From positions 4,484 to 68,483 of the forward strand of contig NW_021834783.1 in NCBI RefSeq assembly GCF_006345805.1: a DNA stretch of 64,000 bases. The letters are read 5' to 3'. Below are positions 10,420 to 23,546 of the stretch, piece after piece; within the stretch, counting starts at the first letter, position 1; each line of letters begins with the position of its first letter. Under the pieces are notes generated by a model that ran no database searches, had not been told where the DNA came from, and was given only the letters and a program-made list of their open reading frames with translations. The translations under genes were made by a program, and so were the position numbers. Source of the DNA: Octopus sinensis. Its lineage: Eukaryota.

Positions 10420-13400
10420 AACCACCTGATGGTATGTAATTTGCTATTTATTAACTAATGAACATCTATCCTTGTGCCTCTTAATCTTTCAAACGCTCAA
10501 CTGGCACAAAGCCACTCCTGCTTCAATACGATTTCCCGTGTCCTCCAAGCCAAGAAGTTTTGCCTTGCAAATTGCTTGGTGACCCTGTTGGTGTTGGTGC
10601 CATGAAGGGCATCCAGCTGTAGAAACCATGCAAGAACAGACAATGGAGCCTGGTGCAATTCCAGCCTTACCAACTCCTATCAAACTGCCCAACCCATTCC
10701 AGCATAGAACAATGACATTAAATGATGATGATGATGATGATCACTTCTGGTTCCTTTTTATTAGGCAATCTACCATAGAACCTAACTCTTTCCTCTTTCT
10801 TTTTGTTTGTTTTGTTTAAGCTCTGCTTCTTCTAGAAATTCACATCTTTTAATCTTTTACTTGTTTCAGTCATTGGACTGTGGCCATGCAAGGGTTACTA
10901 CCTTAAAGGGTATTTTTAGTTGAACTAATTAACCCCAGTACTTTAACTCTTGTACTTATTCTATCATTGACTCATGACAAACCACTTACAGGGATGTTAA
11001 CAAACCAACACTGGCTCTTAATGAGTGCTAGGGGACAAACACAAAGATGCACACACACACACACATATATATTGGGTCATCCCATAAATAACAGTTATTT
11101 CAATTGGATGAACTAAAAGTCGGAGGACAGGATAAACTACCTGCATCAACTTGCTATAAAAGCAGGTAGTAATTTTACCTTGTGCTTATTCTTGGTGCAA
11201 ATTTTGAAGAGTACTTTTTTCAGGAAACCTTTGGTCCCCTTGTGAGTCTACTTCGGTAGGTGGAAACTGTGTAGAGCCAATCAAATAATGTATTTTAATT
11301 ACTATATTACACTGGGTGTAGTTAAGGCAGTGAGCTAGCAGAAACGTTGGCACGCCGGACGAAATTCTTAGTGGTATTTCGTCTGCCGTTACGTTGAGAG
11401 TTCAAATTCCGCCGAGGTCGACTTTGCCTTTCATCCTTTCGGGGTCGATTAAATAAGTACCAGTTACGCACTGGGGTCAATGTAATCAACTTAATCCCTT
11501 TGTCCTTGTTTGTTCCCTCTATGTTTAGCCCCTTGTGGGCAATAAAGAAATACATATTAGACTGGGTGTAGGCGTGGCTGTGTGGTATGAAGTTTGCTTT
11601 CCAATCACACGGTTCCAGGTTCACTCCCACTGTGTGGTACTTTGGACAGATGTCATCTACTATAGCTTCAGCCTGACTGAAACCCTGCTCTGGATGGACT
11701 GATTTAATAGACGGAAACTGAAAGAAGCCTGTTGTATCTATGTGTGTGTGTGTTTGTCACCCACCATCACTTGACAACTGGTGTTGATTTGTTTGTCTCC
11801 ATAACTTAGCAGTTCAGCAAAAGAACCGATGGAATAAGTACCAGGCTTAAGATGAAAAGTACTGGGGTCAAACAAATCGACCCCAGTACTAAAATTTCTT
11901 CAAGGAGGTGCTTCAGCATGGCCACAGTCTAATAACTGAAACAAATAAAAGATAAAAGATATTCTTTTCTACTCTAGGCACGAGGCCTGAAATTTTTTAG
12001 GGGAAGGGGTCAGTCGATAAGATTGACCCTCAGTACACAACTGGTATTTAATTTATTGACCACGAAAGGATGACAGGCAAAGTTGACCTTGGTGGAATTT
12101 GAACTCAGAACATAAAGACATGAAAACTGCTAAGCATTTCCCCCAGGGTGCTCACGTTTCTGCCAGCGTGCTGCCTTAAAAGATAAAAGATATTATCACA
12201 AGAATGGTTTCCTGCTGGGTTTTATTTATATTCTTACAATCTTTCCAAAAGTGAATTGTTTTCGCCTTCTGTTGAAAGGCTGTCCTAATTGTCAAATGCT
12301 TGAAGCATTTTTTAACTGGATGTTTGTTGATTTTTGACAACAATGATTCAATTTTTTGATCCATGCGATTTCTTCTCCTTCACTTTGAATGGGTTTCCAC
12401 TTGATAGATGGGTCTTCTCCCTGACTGTTCATTGAATTAACAGCCAAGTAGTGTTGGAGGCACAAAACAGCACTCAGTACACCAGTACACACTGTAAAGT
12501 GGTTGGCATTAGGAAGGGCATTTGGCCAAAGAAGCTTTGCCAAAGCTGCAATTGAAGGGCAATGCAGCCCTGTGGCTTGCCAAATCCTGTTGAACAAACC
12601 ACACACACGATGAGCTTCTTTCTGTGTCTGCCTATCAAATCCACTCACAAGGCACTTTTGTCAACCCTGGGTTATAGTAGAAGACACTTGCCCAAGGTGC
12701 CCAACAGTGGAACTGAACCTAGAACCATGTAGTTGGGAAGCAAGCTTCTTATTCACACAACCACTCCTTTCTAGTTTCCATGAAGATTATTTTCTTTACT
12801 TCTTGTTTTACATATTTCACGTCCTTAATTAAAGCAATTTCTAAAAATTCTTTGCAGCCCCTTGAAGCCTCAATCTTCAGGGCCTTGAGTTGTTTCTTGA
12901 ATACAATATTTAAAGGAAGATATTTGGTCCTGTAGTTTGTTTGGTTTATCCTATTGAAAAAGGTTTACTGTGGAATGTATTTTGAACACTTCAGTTGCGG
13001 ACACTTGACATTTCATGTCAAGTGCCAAATTAAATATTCTATACTTCAGTGCTGTGCTTATCTCGAAAACTCTTTTTGTTTTAATAAGTCAAAATGAGTC
13101 TTTTTTGGTTTTGTTTCTTTCTTTTTGCAGTTTTACAGACATTTCCTCGTGCTAGTTCTACTGGTGAGATGGCTTATGTTGGAGCACAGCCCGGTGGCTC
13201 TGGTAAGGTTTGAGCTCACGACTGTGATCATCGCTCTAGTAGCTTAACCACATAGCCATTGTACTTCATCAACTAACAACTGTTCTTGTTTCATGAAATA
13301 CTTACCAAGACACATTCTCACACTGATAAATAAACTCCTTAGTATCTCTGTTATTAATCACCATCATCATTTGGCACATGTGGTCGTGATCCCTGTGCCA

Positions 13401-16400
13401 GTGGCACGTAAAAAGCACCTTCCAAACGTGACTGATGCCAGCGCCGCCTTGATTGGCTTCTGTGCCGGTGGCACGTAAATAGCACCAACCGATCGTGGCC
13501 GCTACCAGCCTCCCCTGGCACATAAAAAGCACCCGCCTCACTCACAAAGTGATTGGTGTTAGTAAGGGCATCCAGCTGTAGAAACACTGCCAGATCAGAT
13601 TGGACCCTGGTCGAATCGTCCAACCCGTGCTAGCACGGAAAACGGACGTTAAACAATGATGATGATGAAAAGCAATGACATTTGAACACCTGGAGGTTTG
13701 CTTTTCTATGTTAGTCTGTTTTACTGGCATTGACTAAGCTAAAGATATCTTAGTGGTTTTTGTATTGAGGGAAAATACTAATGAAAGCTAAACGAACCAA
13801 CTGAGTTGATTGGAGACAAATTAGAATGTCATCTTTGCCATCATTGTTTGCTTTCCATGCTGTCAGGAGTTAGAGGGGTTGCCACAGTTTGCAGAATTAC
13901 TACCCTCTTTGACATAGTTGCAGGAAAGCACCTTGTTCTTGTATTTTGTACTGGCAAGGTATCTATGGTTGGATGTACTTCAATCATTTTACCGAATGTA
14001 CTGGGTGCATTTTATCATGGTGCCAGCTCTAGGCAGGTTGTTATGTCCTCAGTAAGAATAAAGGGTCCTTTCAACCTTAGGATACCCCTGCTTGTTTACC
14101 GACCTCTTTGCAGAGTGAATGGGGTACAGTTTATGATGGCACCAGCACCAGTGAGGTTACCTTCTACTCAGCAAAACTGTTGCAAATCTCAGTTCTCTCT
14201 CCCTCTCCATATTTCTCTGCTTTATTTTGTGCAACAAAGCAAACAACAAACATAATCTACAAAGTGTGGGAGGATTGATGGAAACAAACTAATATAACAT
14301 CACCATCATTGTCGTCATCACTTTAACGTCTGTTTTGTGACGTGTCTGTGTCATTGTTTTGACATTGTGTGCTGTTGCAAATGAGCATCATTTATGTACA
14401 GTTTTTCCATGAAAAAATATCTGGCTATGGGGAGGTGCATGGCTTTGTGGTTAGGGTGTGGGATTCATGATTGTAAGATTGTGGTTTCGATTCCTGGACC
14501 AGACCATGCACTGTGTTCTTGACCAAAATATTTCATTTTACGTTGCTCCAGTCAGCTGGCAGGAATGAGCAATCCTGTGGTGGACCATGAGGAATATATT
14601 TTCCAGAGAAACTGGGAAACCAGTCCTATGCTCCTGACGGAGTAATATGGACTAACCGATGGGGAAATATTATGTTGCTTGGAAACAGGTTAGGGTTGGC
14701 AACAGGAAGTGCACCCAGCCTTAGAATCTGCCTCAGTGAACTTCATCTGAAGCCCTCAGATGTCTTTATTCCTTACTCTTCGCTTAGAATACACTCAAAA
14801 TAATTTCATTACATTCAATCTCTTTTTCTCTTTTTGTAATCACCAGGCAGGTCTGTGTGGTTAGGAAGTGTGCTTTGCAAGTGTGTGATCTCAGGTTCAA
14901 TTCCAGTGCACAACACCTTAGTTTAATTGTCGTCCACCACAGCCTCAGGTCAACGAATTGAAAGTGCGTGGCTTCATAGTTAAAGTTTTCGGCTGACAAT
15001 CGTAAGGTCATGAGTTCAATATCCAGCACCACATTGTATCCTTAGGCAAGACACTTTATTTCACATTGCTCCAATTCATTCAGCTTACGAAAATGAGTTG
15101 TACCTGTGATTCAAAGGGGTCAGTCATGACAGTCTGTGACACACTGCATCTCCTTGAGAACTACATTGAGGATACGTGTGTCTGTGGAGTACTCAGCCAC
15201 TTGCACATTAATTTCCCCATTAAGCCGTTCTATTGATTCTATCAACTGAAACTCTCCTTGTTGTAACTGATGCAAAGCCAGTTACGTCAGCCAAATCTTT
15301 CATCATCATCATCGTTTAACGTCCGCCTTCCATGCTGTCATGGGTTGGACGATTTTGACTGAGGACTGGCAAACCAGATGGCCACACCAGGCTCCAATCT
15401 TGATCGGCAGAGTTTCTACAGCTGGATGCCCTTCCTAACACCAACCACTCCGAGAGTGTAGAGGGTGCTTTTTATGTGCCACCGGCATGGGGCCAGTCAG
15501 TCGGTACTAGCAATGACTTCGCTCGAATCTTTTTACACATGCCACTGGCACAGGTGCCAGTAAGGCGACGTTGGTAACGATCACGCTCGAATGGTGCCTT
15601 TTACGTGCCACCAGCACGGAGAGTAAACTATGAAATCCTTTGGAAGGACTAATCTCGTTCTTGGGGGGTAGACTTTAGCTTCTGGTTTAGCACTACCACC
15701 ACTTGGCTTTTGGGTGTCTTTGTTAGTGTCCATTCTGTGCCAGTGCTCAGGCCAGATCTCTCAAATGACAACTTCCTTTCTTTCTCCTATCAGTCTTGCA
15801 AAGGATCATGGGTGCTACTCTTCTCTGGCTAAATCAGTGGTCCTCAGCCCTTTTTTTTTTACTATGGACCCTTTTGATTCCTATTTTATTCTACTGGACT
15901 TCAATAGCCATTCACTGCATATAAAAAAGAAATCCTACTGTATTTTTATAATTAAATATTACTAGGGATTGTATAAAAATATTAAAATATTTTGTGTATT
16001 GTAGAATTATAACCAACTTATTGCAGTTAAATTTTAAATAACAAACTCTTATATAGACCCCCAAGGGTCATATGAAAACCACTGGGCTAAACCACTAAAA
16101 ATAAACAAGTGAAATAGTCCAGAAGAATTTTTTGAATTCTCTTACAGTTGATTCTAATATTCTATTCTAAATTAATTTTTACATTCTAAATTCTATTACA
16201 TTTTCATTTATATATATATACATATATATATATATACATCTTAGGAGTCAAACTTTCCATTGAGTGTATAATTGTTTACTGTTATTCCTTGAAGAAATGA
16301 TGTTCGTGTTTTTCGTCTCTTGTAGAAAGTCAGCTATTTTGGAAAGGAATCATTGAGCTCGGACTTGCTGATGAAATATTTCGGGAATTTAAGAACACCT

Positions 16401-19400
16401 TGGACAATATAAAATATAAGCTCATTCGAAACCAATGTCCACTTGAAGGTAAGTTTAACTTTGTTATAAATCAATGTCAGATCAGTCCTGAATGAGCGTA
16501 CCTAGGCTCTAAACCAGGGTTTCTCAACATTTTTACCCTTGCATAACCATTAAAATAAATTACATGTCTCAAGGAACTCCTGCACAAAAAAATTATATAC
16601 CATGTCTTTCTCATATTTTTTTCATCGTAGTTCACGTAGTAAATATCATATATATATATATATATATGGTTGTTATATTTTTTTGATAATATAATAGGTT
16701 AGATAGGATGATGTCTATATTACAATAACCAATAATATGTTGTACATTTATAGTAATATTAGCAGTATCGCCCGGCGTTGCTCGGGTTTGTTTTGACCCT
16801 TTAGAATTGGAATTTTTGAAAAGTAAAAATTTTGCATTATGTAGCTTGTTATTCTCTTTAAGTGAACATTTTTCTGTTTGAAATACATCAAAAAATGGCG
16901 ACACAGCAGTAAAAAAAATCGTAAAAAATAGGGATTTTCATAGAAAAAAATCACATTTTTGGTGTTAACATAGTCCGATTTGAATTTTTTATTCTACGGA
17001 AGGAAGAGCAAGCCTTCTTCTATCATACTCTCAATTTTGGTCAATTTGCACCGCAGGGTCTTGGAGGAGATAGTGTTAGTTGAAGGCTACCCAAACCTGC
17101 CATACACAGACAACTTCAGCTTTATATATAGAGATTATGATCATGAAATTAGCATTGGCTTATTTCTTTCTCATGGAACCCCAGTTGAGAAACACTGCTC
17201 TAACCTATTGCAGCCATGACTGTCCTGTCTTTTATTGAACATTGTGTATTTAGGACTACATTATTCAGTGTGTGTCTCCCTTTTTAAGGTGATAGTGTGT
17301 AATTTCAATGCAATAGTTGTAAACGAGTATCACTGTTGTACAAGCAGTGTCCTTTATTTCCAATCTTCCATGAAAACATGTCTGGCGGTGGAAAAATATT
17401 GTCTTGCTTAGAAACAGGTGTGTGTGGGTGACACAAAGGACATTTGGTAATAGAAAAATCTGCTTTGACAAATTCTGTCTTATATTCATGCAAAATATCT
17501 TTTGAAAGTCGTGAGCTACAAACTGTGGTGTTGTAGTCAGTTGCCTTGTCAACAAATCATTGCTCACTTTATGCTTTCAATGACATCATCATCACCATTT
17601 AATGTCCGTTTTCCAGCACGGGTTGGATGGTTTGACCGGTGTCTGGGAAGCCAGGAGGCTGCACCAGGCTCCAGTCTGATCTGGCAGTGTTTCTACAGCT
17701 GGATGCCCTTCCTAACACCAACCACTCTGTGAGTGTAGTGGGTGCTTTTTCCGTGCCACCGGCACAGGGGCCAGAGGAGGCTGGCAACGGCCACGGTCGG
17801 TTGGTGCTTTTTACGTGCCACTGGCACTGAAGCCAGTCAAGGCGGCGCTGGCATTGGCCACGTTCGGATGGTGCTTTTTACATGCCACCGGCACTGGTAT
17901 CACAACTACAATTTCCATTGATTTTTGATGTTGATGTACTTGACTCAATAGGTCTCCTCAAGCACAGGGTCGAAACGGTGTTTCTTTACTTGCCACCTGC
18001 ACAGGAGTCAGTCCAGTGGCACTGGCAACTGCAGGGTGCCAGTCGTAGGACTTGGATGGGAAATAAAAGAACTCTTACTTGAAAACCGGGTAAGGCTTGA
18101 TGACAGGAAGGCCGTCTGATTGCAGAGCACTGCCTCAGTTAATGTAAGATGTCAAAGCCTGGAAAAAGAAGAGACAAAAAAAGACATAAAACAAATTGAG
18201 AAAGAATTTCTTTTCTGGTATCAAAACCTTCAAGTCTGTTTTATTACTGAAAATTGATTTGAAGAATAATAATAACATTGTAATATCATTCCATATCATT
18301 GCAAGACCGTTAGTATGCTGGGCAAAATGCTTAACTGCATTTCATGTTTGTAGATTCTGAGTTCAAATGCTACCAGGGTCGGTGTAATCCACTTTCCACT
18401 GCTCTGAAATTGCTGGCCTTGTGTCAAAATACTTCACAGTATTTCGTCCATCCTTAAATCCTTAAAAATGTTTTAGCCCGAAGGCCACGGCCATGCTGGG
18501 GCACCACCACTGAATGAGATACACTAATATGTAAATCCACCTCTGATACATGGCACTTGATCAACAAGGGATTTCGATGCTGCTGCCCGCATCTGCGTCT
18601 CCTGTCGTGAGGTAGGTTCATCTGGGACTCCCGACAAGAAGAGATCCAGTTTAGTTGTAAAGAAACCCACATCCACACCATGTAAGTCTCTCAGGCATTT
18701 AGGGAGGATGTTAAAGAGCTGTGGTCCTCTGAAACCCAAGCTGTTGCAGTATCTGGACCTGTATTTTGATGGTGATGTTGGAATCTTTGGCACCATGCAG
18801 TGGCGCCCTGTTCTGCGGTTGGGGTAACTTTGAATGCCAAAGTTTGGGACAAGACCCTCCAGGATTTTCCAGATGTATATCACCGCATATCTCTCCCGCC
18901 TCCGCTCTAGGGAGAAGAGGTTTAATACTTTCAGTCTTTCCCAGTAGCTTGATGTTCTGAGTTCAAATTCGGCTAAAGCTGACTTTGCCTTTCATCTTTT
19001 TGCGGTCGATAAAGTAAGTACCAATTGTGTACTGGGCTCGATGTAATTGACTTATCTCCTTCCCCCAAATTGCAGGCCTTGTGCCAAAATTTGAAATTAG
19101 TGTTATTCCATATGCTTAATTATGAATTGCAGAAGTGCGGAAGGTTTCTAGAGTTGTCAGTGAACTGGGTTTGACATCGAAACTGAAATACAGGTTGGCA
19201 GCTCACAAGACTGACATGGAACGGCAGAAAGATAAACTTGATAAAGAAATGGAAGGTAAAGTGTCTACATTCTTTCGTTTTATTTTCTTTGGTGGTATTG
19301 GTTTGAAATTTGTAAGTTTAGGTTTTTCGTTGAGGGGGGGGGGGTGATTCAAGCTGTTATTGTGGTAATTAAAAAGAAAAATTTGTTTGTCTTTAAATAA

Positions 19401-19859
19401 AACCTCTTTAACAACCACTTTGAGCGTCTTTTTGAGCTCCATGTGTCTAACACATGTAGGCATGTCTACAAAGTCAGTAAACAGCTCAGCTCCCACGACT
19501 TTTGAAAACATTTTTTCACACTCAGAGTTGCTGAAGAATGAAACAAACTACCTGCTTCAGTTGTTAGTTGCTGAGACATTGCATCCTTTATTATGGATGT
19601 AAAACAAATGGACGGGGACACACACACACACACATACATAATATATTTAGATCAAATTTACAGAAAACAAAAGACAAAGACAGGTAAAGGAACAATAAGC
19701 AGGTATATTAGTTTAATGCTCAGAACGAATGGAAAAGTTGTTGACATTTCGAGCCTATGCTCTTTGACAGAAAGGATTAAGAGGAGAAAAAATATGTAGG
19801 GATTAACGGTTCAACATGATGAAATGGCTGGAAGAAAGGGCCTGAAAAAAAATATACAT

Positions 19860-19892
<33 letters not shown>

Positions 19893-21626
19893 AGTTTCTT
19901 TAATAGCAGCTACATTGTCTGGTGTCAGGTAAAAAGAACCCAGTATACTCTGTAAAGTGGTTGGCATTAGGAAGGGCCTCTGGCCGTAGAACCCTCACCT
20001 AACAGACAATTTGAGCCTGGTGCAGCTCTCTGGCTTGCCAGTCCCTGTCAAACCATCCAACCCATGCCAGCATAGAAAACAGACGTTAAATGATAATGAT
20101 GATATATGATTCACATCTCATCATTAAGTCTGTTTCTTTTTTGATTCATATTGGTGCTTATGATGTCAAAACACCCCTACCCTATCTCTAACCATCCCTC
20201 ACTCTCTCTGTACATCCTTGCAACCTCTGCCCACCCAGCCTCCACCTATTCTTATATAATACAAGTAGCCATGTATCTCCTTTGCAGCAAGACACTGTTC
20301 CAGGCTCTTCCTAGCTTTAAAGTTGCCTCCCCAGCTATTCTAGTCTCATTCAGTTCATGGAGAGCTTAGTCCTGTGAGTGACATGGTGACCTCATTGATG
20401 TTGGTGCCACAAAAATGTATGCTGCATATTCTGTAAAGTGTTTGGTGTTAGAAAAGGGCATCCCGCTGTAAAAAGCATGCCAAAGTCGACATTGGGGCAT
20501 GGCACAGTTCTCTGACCTGTTTAGACTATAGTAGAAGACACTTGCCCAAAGTCTTTTGAAATAGGACAGTACCTGGAACCATATGGTTGCAAAGCAAATT
20601 TCTTAACAGTACTGCCCCATGCCAGTCTGTAAAGAAAATGTTTTTGGTTTTTATTTGTTATTTTTTCAATTAATATTCAAAGAATAATAATTTTTTTTAA
20701 TGTAATGAAAAGAAGGGAATGCACCTAAAATATAGTCCTCGTTCCTTGATATATATCTGAATATCTATACTAGCGGTCGTTCTCAACTGCGGACCCCAGG
20801 GCCACATGTGACCTTCAAATATCCTTCTAATGGACTCTGACAGTCTTCCCACTATGATTATAATAAATTTTTCTTCAATTCATTTGTGTTTTACATTTTT
20901 TGCTGTAAACCCCTTAAAAAATATTATAGGTTTTGGATCTAGCCTGGATATTAAAAAGGTTGTGAACCACTGTTCCAGATGATTAACCCTTTCGTTACTG
21001 TATTTCTGTTGAGATGCTCTGTGTTTCTTTCAATTACTTTAGATATGACAAAGAATTTAGTAAAATAACTTCGTTTTCATTCAGCTAGTGCTAGGAACAT
21101 AAACTGTGATTAAGGTTTGGTGGAAGATTTTAATTCAAAACGTATAAAAACAAGACATTTGTACGCAGAGTCAGATTCAGCCGTGTTGGTAATGAAAGGG
21201 TTAAATAAATTTTCTTACAGAGAGGATATTAGAATTACTCTGCTTATATGAATTTTCTTTATCTTTTCTTTCTTAGAACTTCGACGTCGAGTTGCCGAAG
21301 CGGAACACAAGAAGGAATTACTAAAGAGGAAGTCTCAGTGCTTTGACCATTTATTGGAGATTAGTAAATCCAAACGACAAGGCCTTCTAGCAGACAGTAG
21401 TAGTTTGCTTATGCATTCTACGTCTCCTAGTCCGGACAGCAGCCAGCTGACTTACCATGAGAACATGAACTCTGTCCATGTAAAAACTCTCTGCGCATCT
21501 TCATCTTCAAATTCATCAGGACATTTTACAATGCATCCTGCAATTTTAGACGGAACCTCTAACAATCAATCTACGAGTAGGACTCGGAGCCCCGTTAGTG
21601 TGGAAGAGGCTCGATCAACTTCTTAA
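7258..21626 (+). CDS. GMEB: GMEB-like SAND-domain transcription factor, spliced CDS join(7258-7469,10067-10431,13131-13202,16326-16448,19133-19255,21277-21626), 1245 nt, 414 aa
   Basis: SAND domain with KDWK motif (TCGNLVGKLHMEKFICPGIHRECIEFEGRFISPKLFSVMGEKEKLKDWKNAVRMNGIQLRKYIESGQLDF) resembling vertebrate GMEB1/2; GMEB-type LFWKGIIELGL motif and a coiled-coil region downstream; all introns GT-AG with phases 2,1,1,1,1 and an open frame to TAA at 21624-21626. Confidence 0.88.
7498..8556. mobile_element. piggyBac-like non-autonomous element
   Basis: TTAA flanks; right TIR GTAACGAAAGGG, left degenerate AGTTTTCGTTAC; internal approx. 100-bp direct repeat at about 7753-7853 and 7932-8031. Confidence 0.5.
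9351..9580 (+). mobile_element. SINE family 1 nested in a SINE family 3 copy (about 9135-9610)
   Basis: 13-bp TSD CCTGTGTCTGTGG at 9338-9350 and 9581-9593. Confidence 0.8.
9723..9947. mobile_element. MITE with approx. 70-bp imperfect TIRs
   Basis: TGGGTACTATTAGCGAACAGTGGTCC... versus ...GGACCACTGTTCACTAGTAGTACCCA. Confidence 0.65.
10067..10431 (+). CDS. GMEB: GMEB-like coding exon 2 (end of SAND, polyQ11)
   Basis: cccttcag acceptor; continues R-KYIESGQLDFTNHQEMCTGRC; donor G/gtatgt. Confidence 0.9.
11322..11553 (+). mobile_element. SINE family 1 with TSD
   Basis: 18-bp TSD ATATTA(C/G)ACTGGGTGTAG at 11304-11321 and 11554-11571. Confidence 0.8.
13131..13202 (+). CDS. GMEB: GMEB-like coding exon 3
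   Basis: Long polypyrimidine tract plus tgcag; 72 nt, phase 1-1; donor G/gtaagg; VLQTFPRASSTGEMAYVGAQPGGS. Confidence 0.75.
16326..16448 (+). CDS. GMEB: GMEB-like coding exon 4
   Basis: ctcttgtag acceptor; ESQLFWKGIIELGLADEIFREFKNTLDNIKYKLIRNQCPLE; donor G/gtaagt. Confidence 0.88.
16515..17197. mobile_element. hAT-type MITE
   Basis: TIRs CAGGGTTTCTCAAC / GTTGAGAAACACTG; 8-bp TSD CTCTAAAC / CTCTAACC. Confidence 0.7.
16758..17136 (+). mobile_element. Helentron/HINE-like non-autonomous rolling-circle element nested in the hAT MITE
   Basis: 5' TAGCAGTATCGCCCGGCGTTGCTCGGG and 3' TTTATATATAGAGATT ends; the same ends recur at 27083-27472. Confidence 0.55.
17582..17990 (-). mobile_element. 5'-truncated RTE 3'UTR copy
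   Basis: Reverse complement of the 4555-4846 tail including GACTCAATAGGTCTC; (CAT)n tail on +. Confidence 0.8.
18505..18952 (-). mobile_element. CR1-like LINE 3' fragment
   Basis: MIYIWKILEGLVPNFG...NSLGFRGPQLFNILPKCLRDLHGVDVGFFTTKLDLFLSGVPDEP. Confidence 0.75.
19133..19255 (+). CDS. GMEB: GMEB-like coding exon 5 (coiled coil)
   Basis: ttgcag acceptor; EVRKVSRVVSELGLTSKLKYRLAAHKTDMERQKDKLDKEME; donor G/gtaaag. Confidence 0.85.
19640..19805 (-). mobile_element. Penelope pLTR-like fragment (same family as 51000-51200)
   Basis: Shared sequence CTTTCTGTC(A/G)AAGAGC(A/G)TAGGCTCGAAA plus flanks; Penelope assignment inferred from the hammerhead-like motif. Confidence 0.45.
20987..21200. mobile_element. 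piggyBac-like MITE
   Basis: TTAA TSD on both sides; TIRs CCCTTTCGTTAC / GTAATGAAAGGG; related copies near 4850-5070, 25690-26425, 44170-44330, 49755-49999, 50016-50246 and 59640-59920. Confidence 0.8.
21277..21626 (+). CDS. GMEB: GMEB-like terminal coding exon
   Basis: Polypyrimidine tract plus ttag; ELRRRVAEAEHKKELLKRKSQCFDHLLE followed by a Ser-rich tail; TAA stop, then AU-rich 3'UTR-like sequence. Confidence 0.87.
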
Positions 21627-22351
21627 GTTTTATTGAGAAAAAAAAAAAAACTTATCTTCACAATGGCTTATTTTATATGCAAAGCATTCCCTGGTTGTAT
21701 TCTTATGTAAATATGTATTTTTTAAGCTTCTTCAAAGTTAATGATTATTATTATTATTATTATTACAGCACAGAAAAAGACAAAAATAATTGATTGGCAC
21801 ATGGAAAATGGGGGTTTATTTTGTGTAAAAAACTTTAAAAAAAAAAGGCAGCAATTTGAAAAATGACCCAAAATAAAACAATCAAAGTGAAATTTGTTAA
21901 AACCGTCTCAAATTTTAGATATTAATATTTTGGAGGCGTGTCTCATAATTCTTGCTAATTCATTGCAGAAACCACACCAATTGTAATGGAATTTACAATT
22001 ACAGTTGTTCACCAGCTGTGATGTCCCTGGAAGGGAACTTTAAAAATATATAAACAGCTTACAATGCAAACACCAATACAAGTGTTGTTTCACTGCTTTT
22101 GGTACCCACCGTTTCGATATTTCTGTTCACCAAGACCCCTAATTGATCCACAAATCAGGCATTTATTTTTCTATGTTCAAGCTCTACACTCGATTCATAA
22201 ATTAGTTATTTATTTTTTTATCTCTTTCCAAAAAGACAACAGGAAACAATAACAACTTTTTTTTAACAAAAACCAACAAACAAAACCAGATTTTTAAAGC
22301 TGGATAGAAAAATATACTAGGAATTTTATTAGAAATCAAGATTTGTACCTT

Positions 22352-22658
22352 TCTTTTATTCTTTTATTTGTTTCAGTCATTTGACTGTGGCCATGCTGGA
22401 GCACCACCTTTAGTCGAGCGAATCGACCCCAGGACTTATTCTTTCTAAGCCCAGTACTTATTCTATTGGTCTCTCTTGCCGAACCGTGAAGTGACGGGGA
22501 CGTAAACACACCAGCATTGGTTGTCAAGCGATGTTGGTGGGAGACAAACATATATATATATTATATATATATATATATTATATATATATGTATATATATA
22601 TATATATATGTATTATATATATATATATGTATATATATGTATATATATATATATATAT

Positions 22659-22750
<92 letters not shown>

Positions 22751-22834
22751 ATATATATGTATATATATATATATATATATATGTGTATATATATATATAA
22801 TATATATATGTGTATATATATATATATATATGTG

Positions 22835-22874
<40 letters not shown>

Positions 22875-22879
22875 TATAG

Positions 22880-22913
<34 letters not shown>

Positions 22914-23074
22914 GTGGGCTTCTTTCAGTTTCCGTCTACCAAATCCACTCACAAGGCTTTGGTCGGCCCAAGGCTATAGTAAAAGACACTTGTCCAAGGT
23001 GCCACGCAGTGGGACTGAACCTGGAACCATGTGGTTGGTAAGTAAGCCACTTACCACACAGCCGCTCCTGCGCC
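22352..23074 (-). mobile_element. tRNA-headed SINE family 2 with a hugely expanded internal (TA)n
   Basis: Matches the 52129-52512 copy on both sides of the microsatellite. Confidence 0.8.
22550..22913. repeat. (TA)n microsatellite, about 360 bp, with TG interruptions
   Basis: Direct reading. Confidence 0.97.
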
Positions 23075-23484
23075 TCCGTACCATAAACATTTATTTTCAA
23101 TGTTTATAAAAGTATTTAAAAATCTAGTGAATATTTGACAGAATGTCAGAGACAATGATTTAAAATAAATCAAAGTATTGATTTTTAGCAGATTTTTTAT
23201 CTATTTAAATAGATATTTAAATTTTCTTTCTAATTAAACATGAAGTAGGCTTAATAAATTGGAATTTTTAAGTTGGTATCCTCTGAGAATTTTTATGTAA
23301 TTAAGCAGTTCACCTTAACGAATGAACTTGTTAATTTAGGATGACAGGATTTCAAAGAAAAATTATTTCCTAAATTGATTCATATTTCATCCCTTTCTAA
23401 ATTATTGGGTAACTTCATTCGAAGTCACTATTCACTTCACTCATTACATCATTTATTAATTTTAAGAGAGACATTTACTTGAAC

Positions 23485-23485
<1 letters not shown>

Positions 23486-23546
<61 letters not shown>
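23486..23546. repeat. Compound (GT)n(GA)n microsatellite
   Basis: Direct reading. Confidence 0.95.

Noticed and set aside
13806-14255. 149-aa ORF in a GMEB intron
   Set aside because: Composed partly of degenerate repeat sequence, TTG start, no domain or splice support
22517-22952. Several 76-124 aa ORFs rich in Y and I
   Set aside because: They are translations of the (TA)n microsatellite, not coding
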